A program made the translations under genes and the position numbers. A DNA stretch of 64,000 nt from a virus: positions 5,873 to 69,872 of IMG/VR virus record IMGVR_UViG_3300028800_000086, one strand, 5' to 3'. Positions 28,461-37,730 of the stretch are shown in pieces (the stretch's first letter is position 1; every line of letters starts with the position of its first letter). The notes under the pieces are model-generated. The model ran no database searches and had not been told where the DNA came from. It worked only from the letters and a program-made list of their open reading frames with translations.

Positions 28461-29261
28461 CTATTCCATCGCCCGAAGCGTCTTCAAGTCTTCTTCGGTA
28501 ACGACGCCGATGCCCTTGCTTTCGAGCCAAGACGCCTGTCGATCCATTTCGATGGCTTCCTTTATCGAAAATTCATTAACGTATAATCCTTTGTCTTTGG
28601 CTCTGCTCACAGACGCCATGTTCCCTCTGGCGGCGGCGCGAAGTTGCGCGGCGAGTTGCTTGTAGGTTTTGCCGGCCGATACCGATACGTCCGCGCGCCA
28701 CCCGACATCCGACCGGGCGACCCGTTGTCCCAGGTCGTTGATCGCTTCCACGAGCGCGCTGAAGGTCGCGGGGATATCGTCGGCGCGGCCTGCCGTTTTT
28801 TTCGCTTCCTCGACAACTTTGATAGCCGTAGCTTGGGCACGCGTTAATCCGAGACTTTCCGCCATAGTGAAAAACCAAGAGTGGCCCGCGTTCGCCATCA
28901 CTTGGTTTATGATGTACGGACTAGAATTGGCGTGGAAGGCAATTTGCCATTTCGTCGGGTCAGCCGCGTCTAAACGAGAATTCGCGGACTCAAATCGCGC
29001 GAGAATATCGTCGGCGCGCTTTCGAACGTACGATGACCCCAGGCGTTCGCGATCGCGCATGTGATCGACGACCTTCTGAAATTCATCCCAATAGGCTTGA
29101 AGCTTGCGCGATAGCGGATCGGATTTCGTCCTGGTCTCATTCGGCCTTTCCGTGCCGCGGCCTGTATTGATCATCTCGTCGAGAAGCGGTCGACCTTTCG
29201 AAAGCAACTTTTCGTAGTGCGCCTTCAATGCGTTGTCGCTTAGGTTTCGAAGATCAACCAT
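28461..29261 (-). CDS. Putative internal head protein (modular)
   Basis: Between portal and MuF; segments delimited by RAD/RLD/RSD motifs. Confidence 0.5.
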   Translation of the reverse strand: MVDLRNLSDNALKAHYEKLLSKGRPLLDEMINTGRGTERPNETRTKSDPLSRKLQAYWDEFQKVVDHMRDRERLGSSYVRKRADDILARFESANSRLDAADPTKWQIAFHANSSPYIINQVMANAGHSWFFTMAESLGLTRAQATAIKVVEEAKKTAGRADDIPATFSALVEAINDLGQRVARSDVGWRADVSVSAGKTYKQLAAQLRAAARGNMASVSRAKDKGLYVNEFSIKEAIEMDRQASWLESKGIGVVTEEDLKTLRAME

Positions 29262-29460
29262 CGCGCGCCATCCTATGCATCGTCGCTACGTGATCGAAGA
29301 ACGCATCCAGCGCATCCTTCGCCTTGACGCGCTCTATCTCGCTGCGCGCCCATTGACCGGAAACGCACGCCGCCTGAAAGCCGACTAAGGCGCTATCGAG
29401 CATCGAGCGCGCCGTGTGGGCGCTGCGAATAACGGCGATCGCGTCGGTGGCGAAGGTCAC
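29254..29460 (-). CDS. Hypothetical protein
   Basis: 68 aa ORF coupled to portal stop. Confidence 0.5.
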   Translation of the reverse strand: MTFATDAIAVIRSAHTARSMLDSALVGFQAACVSGQWARSEIERVKAKDALDAFFDHVATMHRMARDG

Positions 29461-31034
29461 TACGCGCGCTTCCTTCCGTCGATCACCCGCAGCCGCCGAT
29501 CCTCCTTGATGCCGCGGAGACGGGAGACGGCGGCTTGTAGCGCCTCAATGCCCTTCTCGACGCTGTCGGCCTTCGACAACTTGAACTTGTCCGCGCCCGT
29601 CTCCGGATCGTCGCTTTCGTCGCCGCCCATCGCGCCTAGCTCCTGGCGATCCTTGTCGGCCTGGGCGTTCTCGCGCATCAAGTCGTAATCGAAGTGCAGC
29701 GGCGAGCCGAACAGCAGGCGCATCTCGTTGATGTTGTCCGCGACGAACTGCGCGAGCGTGACTAGGTTCTCCGGGTCCATCAGCGGCGTGTAGACCTGAA
29801 GCACGGCGATCAACGCCCTTAGCTTCACGTCGTCGACCTTGACCTTTTCGCTGTCCGGCTCCTCAAGCAGGTTCGGCCATTCGGCCTTGAAGCTGTTAGA
29901 CCAACGATAGAACGCCGCGTCAAAATCGATCTTGCCGTACTCGGCCTTGAACTCGGTCTTGATCGTCTCATAGAATTCCGGTGTCCAGGCGAGATGTTGG
30001 ACGATCGTTGTGAAGTATTCGTAAAGCGGCTCCATCCATTCGCGGATATCCGCGACGAACCGCGCCTGCGCCTTCGCGTCCTCAGTGCCTTCCCCGAAAC
30101 CCTCCACAAAGCTTTCTTCGGTCAGCATCTGCGCCGGCATTGACGCGCCGCTCGCGATGTTCTCGATGATATCGTCGCGCGCCTGCTTGAACGGCGCTTC
30201 AAGGTTCTGCAGGTTGATGCTTTCGATCTCCTCGCCGTCAGTGCCGATCGAAATGACGTTGCCGACGACCGCTTCCTTGACGACGTTCCGCTTCATCCCG
30301 AACATCGTGATCATCGCCTCAGTGATCATCGCCCCGGCCTGCTTGATCTTCGCGACCAGCGTGCCGGCCTTAATCGATACCATATCGTCCGTCCGCATTG
30401 TCTGGATAAACGACTTGAGCGGATAGAGCGGACGCTGATAGACCGATCGGCCGGTGAAGCCGAACGTTGACGGCGTGTAACTGATGTAGATCGGGAATTC
30501 GTTGATCAGTATGCAGGTCCTTGACCGATGGAACGTCTTACCGTTGACGACGATCTCCTGGGCGTGCTGGAAGTCCATCGCTAGCGGGTCCTGGTTCAGC
30601 ACCAGCGAACCCGCGGTGTTCAACGGATCGTAGACGTTGAAGGCGTACTTCTTCTTCCAAAGCTCCTTGAGCTTGAGCGCGGTATTCGGCTGTTCCCCTT
30701 CGACCAGCGTGCCGATCGACGCGATGCCGTAGACGCGAGCCTGGGAGGCAACGCGGAAAATGTGCTTGTCTGCGCCGATTAGCTTCCAGGTCTTGACGAA
30801 CTGCTCCTTGACGCGATCGCCGGGCGATTCAGGGATGGTAATCTTGCGAGGCTGGCTCTGGGCGATCTTCAACGGCTTCTCGGCCATCTTCGCGCCGAGC
30901 GGATGATACAGATAGAGCAGCTTGCAGATTTCGTAGCTCGGGTCATCGCCCGGCTGGATATCGGCCGCGCCGATGATCGTGGTGAAGGCGTTACCGATCG
31001 ATGAAGCGCCGACAAGGTTGAGCGTTGCGGTCAT
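29460..31034 (-). CDS. Portal protein (DUF1073-like)
   Basis: 524 aa after terminase; YLYHPLGAKMAEKP, ARVYG, GRSVY, IASGASMP, GTED motifs. Confidence 0.8.
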   Translation of the reverse strand: MTATLNLVGASSIGNAFTTIIGAADIQPGDDPSYEICKLLYLYHPLGAKMAEKPLKIAQSQPRKITIPESPGDRVKEQFVKTWKLIGADKHIFRVASQARVYGIASIGTLVEGEQPNTALKLKELWKKKYAFNVYDPLNTAGSLVLNQDPLAMDFQHAQEIVVNGKTFHRSRTCILINEFPIYISYTPSTFGFTGRSVYQRPLYPLKSFIQTMRTDDMVSIKAGTLVAKIKQAGAMITEAMITMFGMKRNVVKEAVVGNVISIGTDGEEIESINLQNLEAPFKQARDDIIENIASGASMPAQMLTEESFVEGFGEGTEDAKAQARFVADIREWMEPLYEYFTTIVQHLAWTPEFYETIKTEFKAEYGKIDFDAAFYRWSNSFKAEWPNLLEEPDSEKVKVDDVKLRALIAVLQVYTPLMDPENLVTLAQFVADNINEMRLLFGSPLHFDYDLMRENAQADKDRQELGAMGGDESDDPETGADKFKLSKADSVEKGIEALQAAVSRLRGIKEDRRLRVIDGRKRA

Positions 31035-31237
31035 CGGCTTCCGATCTTCGCCTTGCGGCGACGCTCGCGACGGTTACGCGGCGGGTCGCGTTCCTCGGTT
31101 GCGATCGTCGCGCAATTGCCCCAGCCAGCCGTCGTCGTCGCAATGACCGTCGCAATGACCGTCGCATTGCCGTATTCGAAACCGCCAAAGCGATTGCCGT
31201 CGATCGACGGCGTCGTCCTCGGTTGCGGAACCATCAC
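31031..31237 (-). CDS. Hypothetical protein
   Basis: Coupled small ORF between terminase and portal. Confidence 0.45.
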   Translation of the reverse strand: MMVPQPRTTPSIDGNRFGGFEYGNATVIATVIATTTAGWGNCATIATEERDPPRNRRERRRKAKIGSR

Positions 31238-31425
31238 GCCTCACCCATAACCGGCTCGTTGAACATCGCGTTAGCTCCCATCACCATCGCCATATCCTCC
31301 AACGGTACGTGCTCGCAAAAGCCGAGCGATCGCCGGTCACGCAGCTTCAGGCGATCGACCATCGACGCCAGCATCTCCGGGCTGATGTAAAAGCGGAAGC
31401 CGTTGCTATACGTCGCGACGCGCAT
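31234..31425 (-). CDS. Hypothetical protein
   Basis: Start overlaps terminase stop. Confidence 0.5.
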   Translation of the reverse strand: MRVATYSNGFRFYISPEMLASMVDRLKLRDRRSLGFCEHVPLEDMAMVMGANAMFNEPVMGEA

Positions 31426-33038
31426 TATTTGCCGTCCTTGTCTCCGAACATCACCGCCGCCCCGTAGCAGAACGTATCAAACAGTTCGTCTTCGTCGTGC
31501 GGCGTGCCGTGGCCAACGCGGAACGTCGTAACCTGATCCAGCAGATGGTTCTTCAACCGGCCTTTGTAGACTAGCGTCTTGTCGAACGCGGCCTGCGTAA
31601 TCTTCAATAGCTTCCGGTTGATGTAGCCAGAGACGGATACCGCGCGACCTTCCTTGCCCATCGCGACTAGATCGCCGGTCAACGGCTTCATCTTACCGGG
31701 CCACTTGGTGCGACCTTTCTGCAGCAATATCTGGCCGCTGTCCTTGTCCTCGATATAGACGGCGGCGAAGCCCGATCGGCTATGGCATTCGCGCGCTAGC
31801 TCCTCGCCGCGCTTCAGGACGTTGGGGAAATCAATTTCTAGGAACTGGGCTTCGATCTGCTTCAGGTCCCAGTCGAGAATGAAGCCGTGAGGCTTCGGAT
31901 GCATATTGAAACCGAAGTACGTCACGCCCGTCCCGTCGTTCTTCTTCCCCGTCTTCGTCGCGCTATCGATCACCGCGAACACGGCGTCGAGACGTTCGGG
32001 CTTGGGCGCGGGTTCGTACGTGCTTTCGCCGTTCGCTGTCTTCTTCTCGACCATGATCTGGGACCGGGAGAAGAAGTACGCGCCGTCACGCGCCCGCGGT
32101 TGTTGCTGGTACTGGGTCGCCCAGCCGTGCTCCATCACCTCAATTTTCTTTTCTTCGACGTTCGCCCGTCCCATGAACGCGGGATGTAGCAATTCGCCTT
32201 CTTCGGTCCGCGGATCGGTAAACCAAGGTGTCTTGACCGATAGGCTGCGAACGTACTCCATCGGTAGGATCAGCTTAACGTAGGGCAGCGCCGCCTGCTC
32301 GATGACGCCGCAAAGATCGTCGGGGTTGAGCCGCTGCATCACTACGATGATCGCGTCGCGCTCCTGATCGTTCAATCGGCTCGATGCCGACTCGCGAAAC
32401 ATTCTTGTCGCCTTAGCGCGCTCCAATTCGCTTTCCGCGCCTTCCGTGCTGTGCGGATCGTCGATCATCAACCGATTGCCGCGACCCGCCGTCAGTCGCT
32501 TGAAGGGGACGGCCTTGCGTCCGCCTTTCATCGTGTTCTCGAAATCGTCTTCCGCGAACTTCGTCAGCGTGATGTCGGGCCACAACGTCTGGTACCACTC
32601 GCTCTGCACCAGATCGCGATGCTTCCGGCTATCTCGCCGCGCATAGCTCGCTTCGTACGAAGTCGAGAAGTACCGCAACCAGGCTTCCGTCGTCCACTCC
32701 CACGCGGGAAACATCACTGATATCGTCGTCGACTTCATCATGCCCGGAGGCATATTGCAGAGAAACCTCGTGATCTGGCGTTTCTTAATCGCCTCTAGGT
32801 GCTCCCCGATCGCGTCGATATGCCAGTTGGGGAGATACTTGATGCCCGGCTCTGGAATATGCCAGGCGTTCTTAACGAAGCCGGTAAACCGCTCGCATTC
32901 CTTCCGTACCGCATCGGCGTCTTCCGCGACGCGCCTCATATGCGCCGCTCGCTCGCGACGCTTCGTCAACTCCGCTTCGATCATCGACTTGACGCGGATC
33001 GCGTTGAGCCGCGCCGTCTCGGTGAGGACTAAGGTCAA
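31425..33038 (-). CDS. terL: Terminase large subunit
   Basis: Walker A NMPPGMMKST, Walker B LMIDDPH, nuclease DSA.K...ND and DELFD; start uncertain (TTG 33038 overlaps upstream stop). Confidence 0.9.
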   Translation of the reverse strand: MTLVLTETARLNAIRVKSMIEAELTKRRERAAHMRRVAEDADAVRKECERFTGFVKNAWHIPEPGIKYLPNWHIDAIGEHLEAIKKRQITRFLCNMPPGMMKSTTISVMFPAWEWTTEAWLRYFSTSYEASYARRDSRKHRDLVQSEWYQTLWPDITLTKFAEDDFENTMKGGRKAVPFKRLTAGRGNRLMIDDPHSTEGAESELERAKATRMFRESASSRLNDQERDAIIVVMQRLNPDDLCGVIEQAALPYVKLILPMEYVRSLSVKTPWFTDPRTEEGELLHPAFMGRANVEEKKIEVMEHGWATQYQQQPRARDGAYFFSRSQIMVEKKTANGESTYEPAPKPERLDAVFAVIDSATKTGKKNDGTGVTYFGFNMHPKPHGFILDWDLKQIEAQFLEIDFPNVLKRGEELARECHSRSGFAAVYIEDKDSGQILLQKGRTKWPGKMKPLTGDLVAMGKEGRAVSVSGYINRKLLKITQAAFDKTLVYKGRLKNHLLDQVTTFRVGHGTPHDEDELFDTFCYGAAVMFGDKDGK

Positions 33039-33247
33039 TGGACGACCTTGCTTTTCGGAACGTCGAGACGATAACCGTCGCTCATCATGTCCTTTACGAT
33101 CCGGCGACAACGCGCCTTCCCCACGTCGACCTGCTTCGCGATCTGATCGTATGAAACGCCGTACGTTCTCAACACGAATATCTTCACGTCGCGATCGGAC
33201 GGCAACGGCTTGCCGCGAGGAATGTTGAATATAAGTCGATCAGTCAT
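33035..33247 (-). CDS. Small HTH protein
   Basis: GVSYDQIAKQVDVGKARCRRIV HTH. Confidence 0.6.
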   Translation of the reverse strand: MTDRLIFNIPRGKPLPSDRDVKIFVLRTYGVSYDQIAKQVDVGKARCRRIVKDMMSDGYRLDVPKSKVVH

Positions 33248-33704
33248 TCTCGATCTGCCGCGGTATCGAATAGCTTCCGTCCGGTCCCTTCGCCGCTTCT
33301 AGGACGCCTGTGATGCGACCGAGTGCCGCAAGCAACTGCTCCTCTGACATCGCGCCGAAATCGAGCGCCGTGCCGTCAGGGTTCGCGTGAACGTTAATCG
33401 GGTTGCCCCAAGCGCGCTTGAGCAGCATGTCGGCCGCCGCGAGACGAACCATTGGAGTGTTATTCGTGTTGTGCATGATCACAGCCGCGGTCGCGATCGA
33501 TTGCCGAGTGAAGCGACGCGCCAACATCTTCACATCTAGCTCGGTCGACGTTTTCATAGCGTGCGCCATCCACGACGCGCCGCCATTCGGATTTCCGCTC
33601 TGGCCGGGCTTCCATGTAGTGCCGTTGCGCTTCGAATTCGGAGAAGCCATTGCCTTACGTTCCTTGTAAAGGGCAATCATCTCCTTCCTCGATTTACGCG
33701 CCAT
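33240..33704 (-). CDS. terS: Terminase small subunit
   Basis: WKPGQSGNPNG motif, RLAAADMLLKRAWG; upstream of terL. Confidence 0.75.
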   Translation of the reverse strand: MARKSRKEMIALYKERKAMASPNSKRNGTTWKPGQSGNPNGGASWMAHAMKTSTELDVKMLARRFTRQSIATAAVIMHNTNNTPMVRLAAADMLLKRAWGNPINVHANPDGTALDFGAMSEEQLLAALGRITGVLEAAKGPDGSYSIPRQIEND

Positions 33705-33722
33705 CAGATGCCTGCTCTGGAC

Positions 33723-34349
33723 CTAAGTGATTGAGACAATTTCGACGTCATCAGATTTCGTAGGCACAATCATCAGCCGCCCCAACATCTTCCCTAAAAC
33801 GACATCGATCCGCTCGCGATCGGAGAATTGCACCCGGCCTTCGCGCCCGGCGAATAGTCCGCTCGATATTCGAACCTTTGCGCCGACCGGGACGAAGCGC
33901 GCTAACGCGTCATCAACCTCCTCGGCGTCTACAATTCCGTCTCGGCTACAACGCCCCAGAAGGATCGCCATAACCTCATCACTTATCCGCGTCGGGCATT
34001 CCGGGCCGGTAGAAAGAAGTCGCTGAACGCCCGGCTGATCATTGATGTATCGCCAGGGCGTTTCCTCCACGTCGAAGTTCACGAAGATATAGCCGCAGAT
34101 ATACTGACGCTCGTGTATCACTTTTCGGCCGCGCTGTATTCGCGTAACTCGGTATCGAGGATTGAATGGCTGGATGCCGCGAAGGCGTCCTAGATAGGCT
34201 TCCGCAGTCAACTCGGCGCGAGGCTCCGTTGTAGCGACGTACCAACGTGTAGCTATGATCGTTCTCCCCGAACGGTCCCCGCGTACCGCTGGTTTCCCGC
34301 GGCATGCCGAGAGAGTTTGCCTAGAGTTCGATGCCCGAATCAAGCGCAA
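33723..34349 (-). CDS. NusG/RfaH-family transcription antiterminator
   Basis: NGN motifs WYVATT, GYIFVNF, INDQPGV; KOW GAKVRISSGLFAGREG; start uncertain. Confidence 0.85.
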   Translation of the reverse strand: MRLIRASNSRQTLSACRGKPAVRGDRSGRTIIATRWYVATTEPRAELTAEAYLGRLRGIQPFNPRYRVTRIQRGRKVIHERQYICGYIFVNFDVEETPWRYINDQPGVQRLLSTGPECPTRISDEVMAILLGRCSRDGIVDAEEVDDALARFVPVGAKVRISSGLFAGREGRVQFSDRERIDVVLGKMLGRLMIVPTKSDDVEIVSIT

Positions 34350-34390
34350 TAATCGAGAACACGTTTTAGCCGCCCGTCGCCGGTTACCAA

Positions 34391-34621
34391 CGGTCCTTCG
34401 GGTCCCACGCTTTCTATTGTAAATCGCTTTTTCTCGTATCTATTTGATTTATAACGATACTCAGTGTTATTTGAACACTCTTATTCTTCTTTCTCATATT
34501 CTAATGGCTTTTATTGATTTATAGGCCGCGCTAGTGTTCGTTTTACACTGCGTATCTTTATCTTTCAAAGACTTAACGTCTTTTTCCTTTTCTATAAGGA
34601 AAGCGTAGGACCGAAGGACCG
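34391..34621. repeat. Inverted repeat flanking an AT-rich core; candidate origin/divergent control region
   Basis: 34391-34414 CGGTCCTTCGGGTCCCACGCTTTC vs reverse complement of 34599-34621 (1 mismatch, 1 indel); TTGATTTATA twice inside. Confidence 0.7.
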
Positions 34622-34733
34622 AAGGGTATCGAAAAGACTTCCCCGCGGCGAGAACGCGCGGCCCGGTTTTCGTTGGGCACGTTTCTTCGTTAAGCTCCGT
34701 CTCCCTTCGCGCGGCATCGAGGAGCATCGCAGT

Positions 34734-34946
34734 ATGGAAAAGACGCAGCAAGACAGCGCCTTAGAACGCGTCTACAAGCTGAAAGAGCTACCGCAATTTG
34801 TCGGACTGCGGGCGACGGCGATCCATCGCATGATCCGGGACGGCGAATTCCCGAAGCCGATCCGCATCACAAAGGACCGCCGCGCGATCGGCTGGCTGGA
34901 GAGCGACCTGCGGCAGTGGCAGCAAGCCCGGGCGGCTGCGCGATGA
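34734..34946 (+). CDS. AlpA-family DNA-binding protein
   Basis: VGLRATAIHRMIRDGEFPKPI...IGWLESDL motif. Confidence 0.85.
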   Translation: MEKTQQDSALERVYKLKELPQFVGLRATAIHRMIRDGEFPKPIRITKDRRAIGWLESDLRQWQQARAAAR

Positions 34947-35347
34947 TTCATAAAACGCAACTCAGCTATTTTCTCGACCTTCCGAAAAAAGAAATTGTCG
35001 CCGCGATCCAGGCAGGAACGTTTCCCGCGCCTTCCCATACGGCGATCGGCGGTGAATATTGGACGGAAAAAGATTTGCGGGAATGGAAAGACGGATACAA
35101 ATTGCCTATTGTGGTATCGTCGGATGGCATTATTCGACGTAATCGATTGGCAGCTTTTCTCGGAATGAACAAGCCTGATATTTCGAAACTCATCAACGCT
35201 GGAAAATTCGCGCAGCCTATCTATCTTCGAACCGGCGAGAAGGTCTGGATGGTCGCGGACGTAGCACGCTGGAAGGCGACGGAAAAGAAGCGATCGGAAA
35301 TCCGCGCGATGCAGCAAACGATTGACGACCGGAGGAAACAACCATGA
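34943..35347 (+). CDS. Tandem AlpA-like winged-HTH protein
   Basis: Two repeats of I.AG.F..P......W...D...W. Confidence 0.65.
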   Translation: MIHKTQLSYFLDLPKKEIVAAIQAGTFPAPSHTAIGGEYWTEKDLREWKDGYKLPIVVSSDGIIRRNRLAAFLGMNKPDISKLINAGKFAQPIYLRTGEKVWMVADVARWKATEKKRSEIRAMQQTIDDRRKQP

Positions 35348-35448
35348 TCCGTCTCCCTCTCCTTCTCCTTCTCGCGTTACCGCTCGCCGGTTGCGAAAAA
35401 TATTTCGACATTGTCGCTTTTGCGGCGTTCGTTACGGGAGGCTTTTGA
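35344..35448 (+). CDS. 34-aa putative lipoprotein
   Basis: Not in ORF track; MIRLPLLLLLALPLAGC lipobox; GGAGG RBS; coupled both ends. Confidence 0.6.
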   Translation: MIRLPLLLLLALPLAGCEKYFDIVAFAAFVTGGF

Positions 35449-35654
35449 TGACTGATGCCGAAATGATCGTCGCTCTTGGTGTAGGATTGATCGTCGGCGC
35501 GATCTGTGGCCGCTGGGTCGAAGCCCGAAGGTGGAGAGGCAAGTGCGATGAGGGATACGCGGACCGCGCGCCCGTGTGCAGCAGCGGGCGTTTCTTTTAC
35601 GTCGTCACCGAGCGCGAGTATGTGCGTGCGTGTCTCGACGGGAGGAAACAATAA
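35448..35654 (+). CDS. Small membrane-anchored protein
   Basis: MTDAEMIVALGVGLIVGAICG; TGATG coupling. Confidence 0.55.
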   Translation: MTDAEMIVALGVGLIVGAICGRWVEARRWRGKCDEGYADRAPVCSSGRFFYVVTEREYVRACLDGRKQ

Positions 35655-36628
35655 TGAACACCGACGCTGACCGCTTCCTCTCCGCGCTCGCGCGCGGGAT
35701 GCCGGCCGACGAACGCCTAATCATGTGCGGCTTCGAAGGCGATCCGAATAAGGCCGATCGTCGATCGTGGAAGCCTTGGCCCTGGTCGCCCGGGAAAGAC
35801 ATTCCCTTCGGCCGCCGCGCTAACGGTTACGTGACCGTCGCTTCGTTCGGCAAGGCCCCAGATGCGACTTTCCGAAGACGGACAGCCACATTCGCGGCCG
35901 GCCGCGCACTGATGGTCGACGATATCGGAACGAAGATCGACGCGGCCCAGACGACCGGCTGGCCCGCGCCTAGCGCGATCGTCGAGACCAGCCCGGGGAA
36001 CCATCAATGGTGGTACATGCTGAAGGCTCCGGAACGCGATCGCTTGCGCTTCGACGGCGTGATCCGTGCCTTTATCGCGTCCCAACTTCTCGGTAAGGAC
36101 CCGGGAATGGCGGGAGTGACGCGTGTCGGTCGTCTCCCGGGATATACGAACGCGAAGCCGCAACACGACGGTTGGCTTTGTAAGCTACACGATCTTAACG
36201 CTTCGCGTTTCTCGATTGACGATCTTCTAAAGGCATTCGGCTTAACGATCCCGGGCGTCGTCGCGCCTCTCATGATAGTCGAACCGGGCGTTGCGCGCGA
36301 TCGCATGGAGGCTTTTAAGGTCGTTCGACAATGGCTATACGAGCGCGACATGTTACGCCGTTTCAATCCGGACCTGGGCGGCTGGATAGAAGGGACTTGT
36401 CCTTGGATCGGTAATCACACGGACAGCGCCGACACCGGCTTCGCTATCCGGGTGCCGGCCGCCGACAACGGCTATTACGGCGCGGCCCGCTGCCATCACG
36501 GACACTGCGAAGGTAAGGGCTGGCGCGAGCTAACCGAATGGATAGCTAACGCGGTCGCTGAAGAGCTTCAAGCCGTCAACGCCGCCGCTCCCGCGACCCT
36601 CGCGGAACTTCGACGGGGGCATCATTGA
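35654..36628 (+). CDS. RepB-type (AEP) DNA primase
   Basis: ALMVDDIG, IVETSPGNHQWWY, RVGRLPG motifs; C-terminal CPW..H...CHHGHC zinc site. Confidence 0.85.
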   Translation: MNTDADRFLSALARGMPADERLIMCGFEGDPNKADRRSWKPWPWSPGKDIPFGRRANGYVTVASFGKAPDATFRRRTATFAAGRALMVDDIGTKIDAAQTTGWPAPSAIVETSPGNHQWWYMLKAPERDRLRFDGVIRAFIASQLLGKDPGMAGVTRVGRLPGYTNAKPQHDGWLCKLHDLNASRFSIDDLLKAFGLTIPGVVAPLMIVEPGVARDRMEAFKVVRQWLYERDMLRRFNPDLGGWIEGTCPWIGNHTDSADTGFAIRVPAADNGYYGAARCHHGHCEGKGWRELTEWIANAVAEELQAVNAAAPATLAELRRGHH

Positions 36629-36846
36629 TCTCCTCCTCCCAAATGCATCTCCTAAAGCTCGCCGCGCCCGACGTAATCGTCCAAGGGCACGTCGACGACG
36701 CGATCGCGCTTCATCTCGGCGGCTATATCCGTCTCATCGATCGTTCGAATCACCCGAACAAGTCGCACTGCCGATACACCTATCGAATAACCGAACGCGG
36801 CAGCGCCGTCCTCAAAGCGGAGCAGCAACATGCTAGAACTAGCTAA
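36625..36846 (+). CDS. Hypothetical protein
   Basis: Coupled ORF; YRITERG winged-helix-like end. Confidence 0.45.
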   Translation: MISSSQMHLLKLAAPDVIVQGHVDDAIALHLGGYIRLIDRSNHPNKSHCRYTYRITERGSAVLKAEQQHARTS

Positions 36847-37177
36847 CGAAAGCCCGCTGCCGTTCGTCGCGCTCTACCTGACGGGCGGCGAGGAATTCGC
36901 GGTTGTCGACCGCGATCTATTCCCGCGTCTCATCGAGGAGAGATGGTATCTACACAAGGCGCGTAAATGCCTGTACGTTCGTTCGTGGAGCGCGCGTCAC
37001 GCCCGAACCTATCTTCACCACGCGGTCCAGCGGCTGCTGAAGCGTCGCCGGCCTTCCCCTAATCACGTCGTCCGTCATCTAAACGGTAACACGTTCGATT
37101 GCCGCGGGTCGAACTTGCGCTGGGGCACTCGCACTACCAACTCCCGCTGCGCGCCATATGTAGAAAGGAGAACGTGA
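36830..37177 (+). CDS. HNH endonuclease
   Basis: VRHLNGNTFDCRGSNLRW.T..N motif. Confidence 0.8.
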   Translation: MLELANESPLPFVALYLTGGEEFAVVDRDLFPRLIEERWYLHKARKCLYVRSWSARHARTYLHHAVQRLLKRRRPSPNHVVRHLNGNTFDCRGSNLRWGTRTTNSRCAPYVERRT

Positions 37178-37404
37178 TGCCTAATTACAATCAGGCCCAT
37201 CGTCCATCAGTCCTATTCCGCCCGCGCCTTTGGTTCCATGACGGCGACGGGTTGATCGTAGACCCTTGGGGCAATACCGGACTTCACGTCTCGATACCTT
37301 GTTGGTGCGCGCAATACGATCAGGGAAGTCACGCCGTCATGGGCACCGGCTATACACCGGACGAAGCGATGCGCGACTTCGATAAGCGCTGGGTGGCGAA
37401 ATGA
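37177..37404 (+). CDS. Hypothetical protein
   Basis: AGAAAGGAG RBS; G.G.TPDEAMRDFD motif. Confidence 0.55.
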   Translation: MPNYNQAHRPSVLFRPRLWFHDGDGLIVDPWGNTGLHVSIPCWCAQYDQGSHAVMGTGYTPDEAMRDFDKRWVAK

Positions 37405-37730
37405 GTCGACCTAACAACGGCTGGGCGACCGATCGCTTTTACGAAATATTGACCGATACCGAACTGAAGGAGATACAAGCGCTCGACGTTATTCTAGTCC
37501 ACACGAAAGCCGCTCTAACGGCGGCCAGCCGGCGTCGCGAATTCCTCGCACGCCGCGCCTATTCCCGTTTCCAGTATCACAACACGAAAGGCAAACCCAA
37601 TGGACAGCCAAGCGCGAGAAGTCAGCCCGGGCGAGATGCGACTGGCGGCGGAGAACGAACTGCGGAAGTTTCCGAACGACAACCTAACCTGGTTGCAAGC
37701 ACAGCGGGACTTCGCGGCGGCCGACGCTAA
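37401..37730 (+). CDS. Hypothetical protein
   Basis: ATGA-coupled; 3' part overlaps next gene. Confidence 0.4.
   Translation: MSRPNNGWATDRFYEILTDTELKEIQALDVILVHTKAALTAASRRREFLARRAYSRFQYHNTKGKPNGQPSARSQPGRDATGGGERTAEVSERQPNLVASTAGLRGGRR

Noticed and set aside
29460-31034. Anti-CBASS Acb1 label often attached to DUF1073 proteins
   Set aside because: Size, position and motifs indicate portal; no 2H phosphoesterase HxT pair recognised
34734-35347. Lysogeny module implied by AlpA/excisionase-like genes
   Set aside because: No integrase, repressor or att-like context in the window; cannot exclude one outside it
36830-37177. HNH as part of an intron or intein
   Set aside because: Free-standing, coupled to neighbours, no split host gene or splice motifs seen
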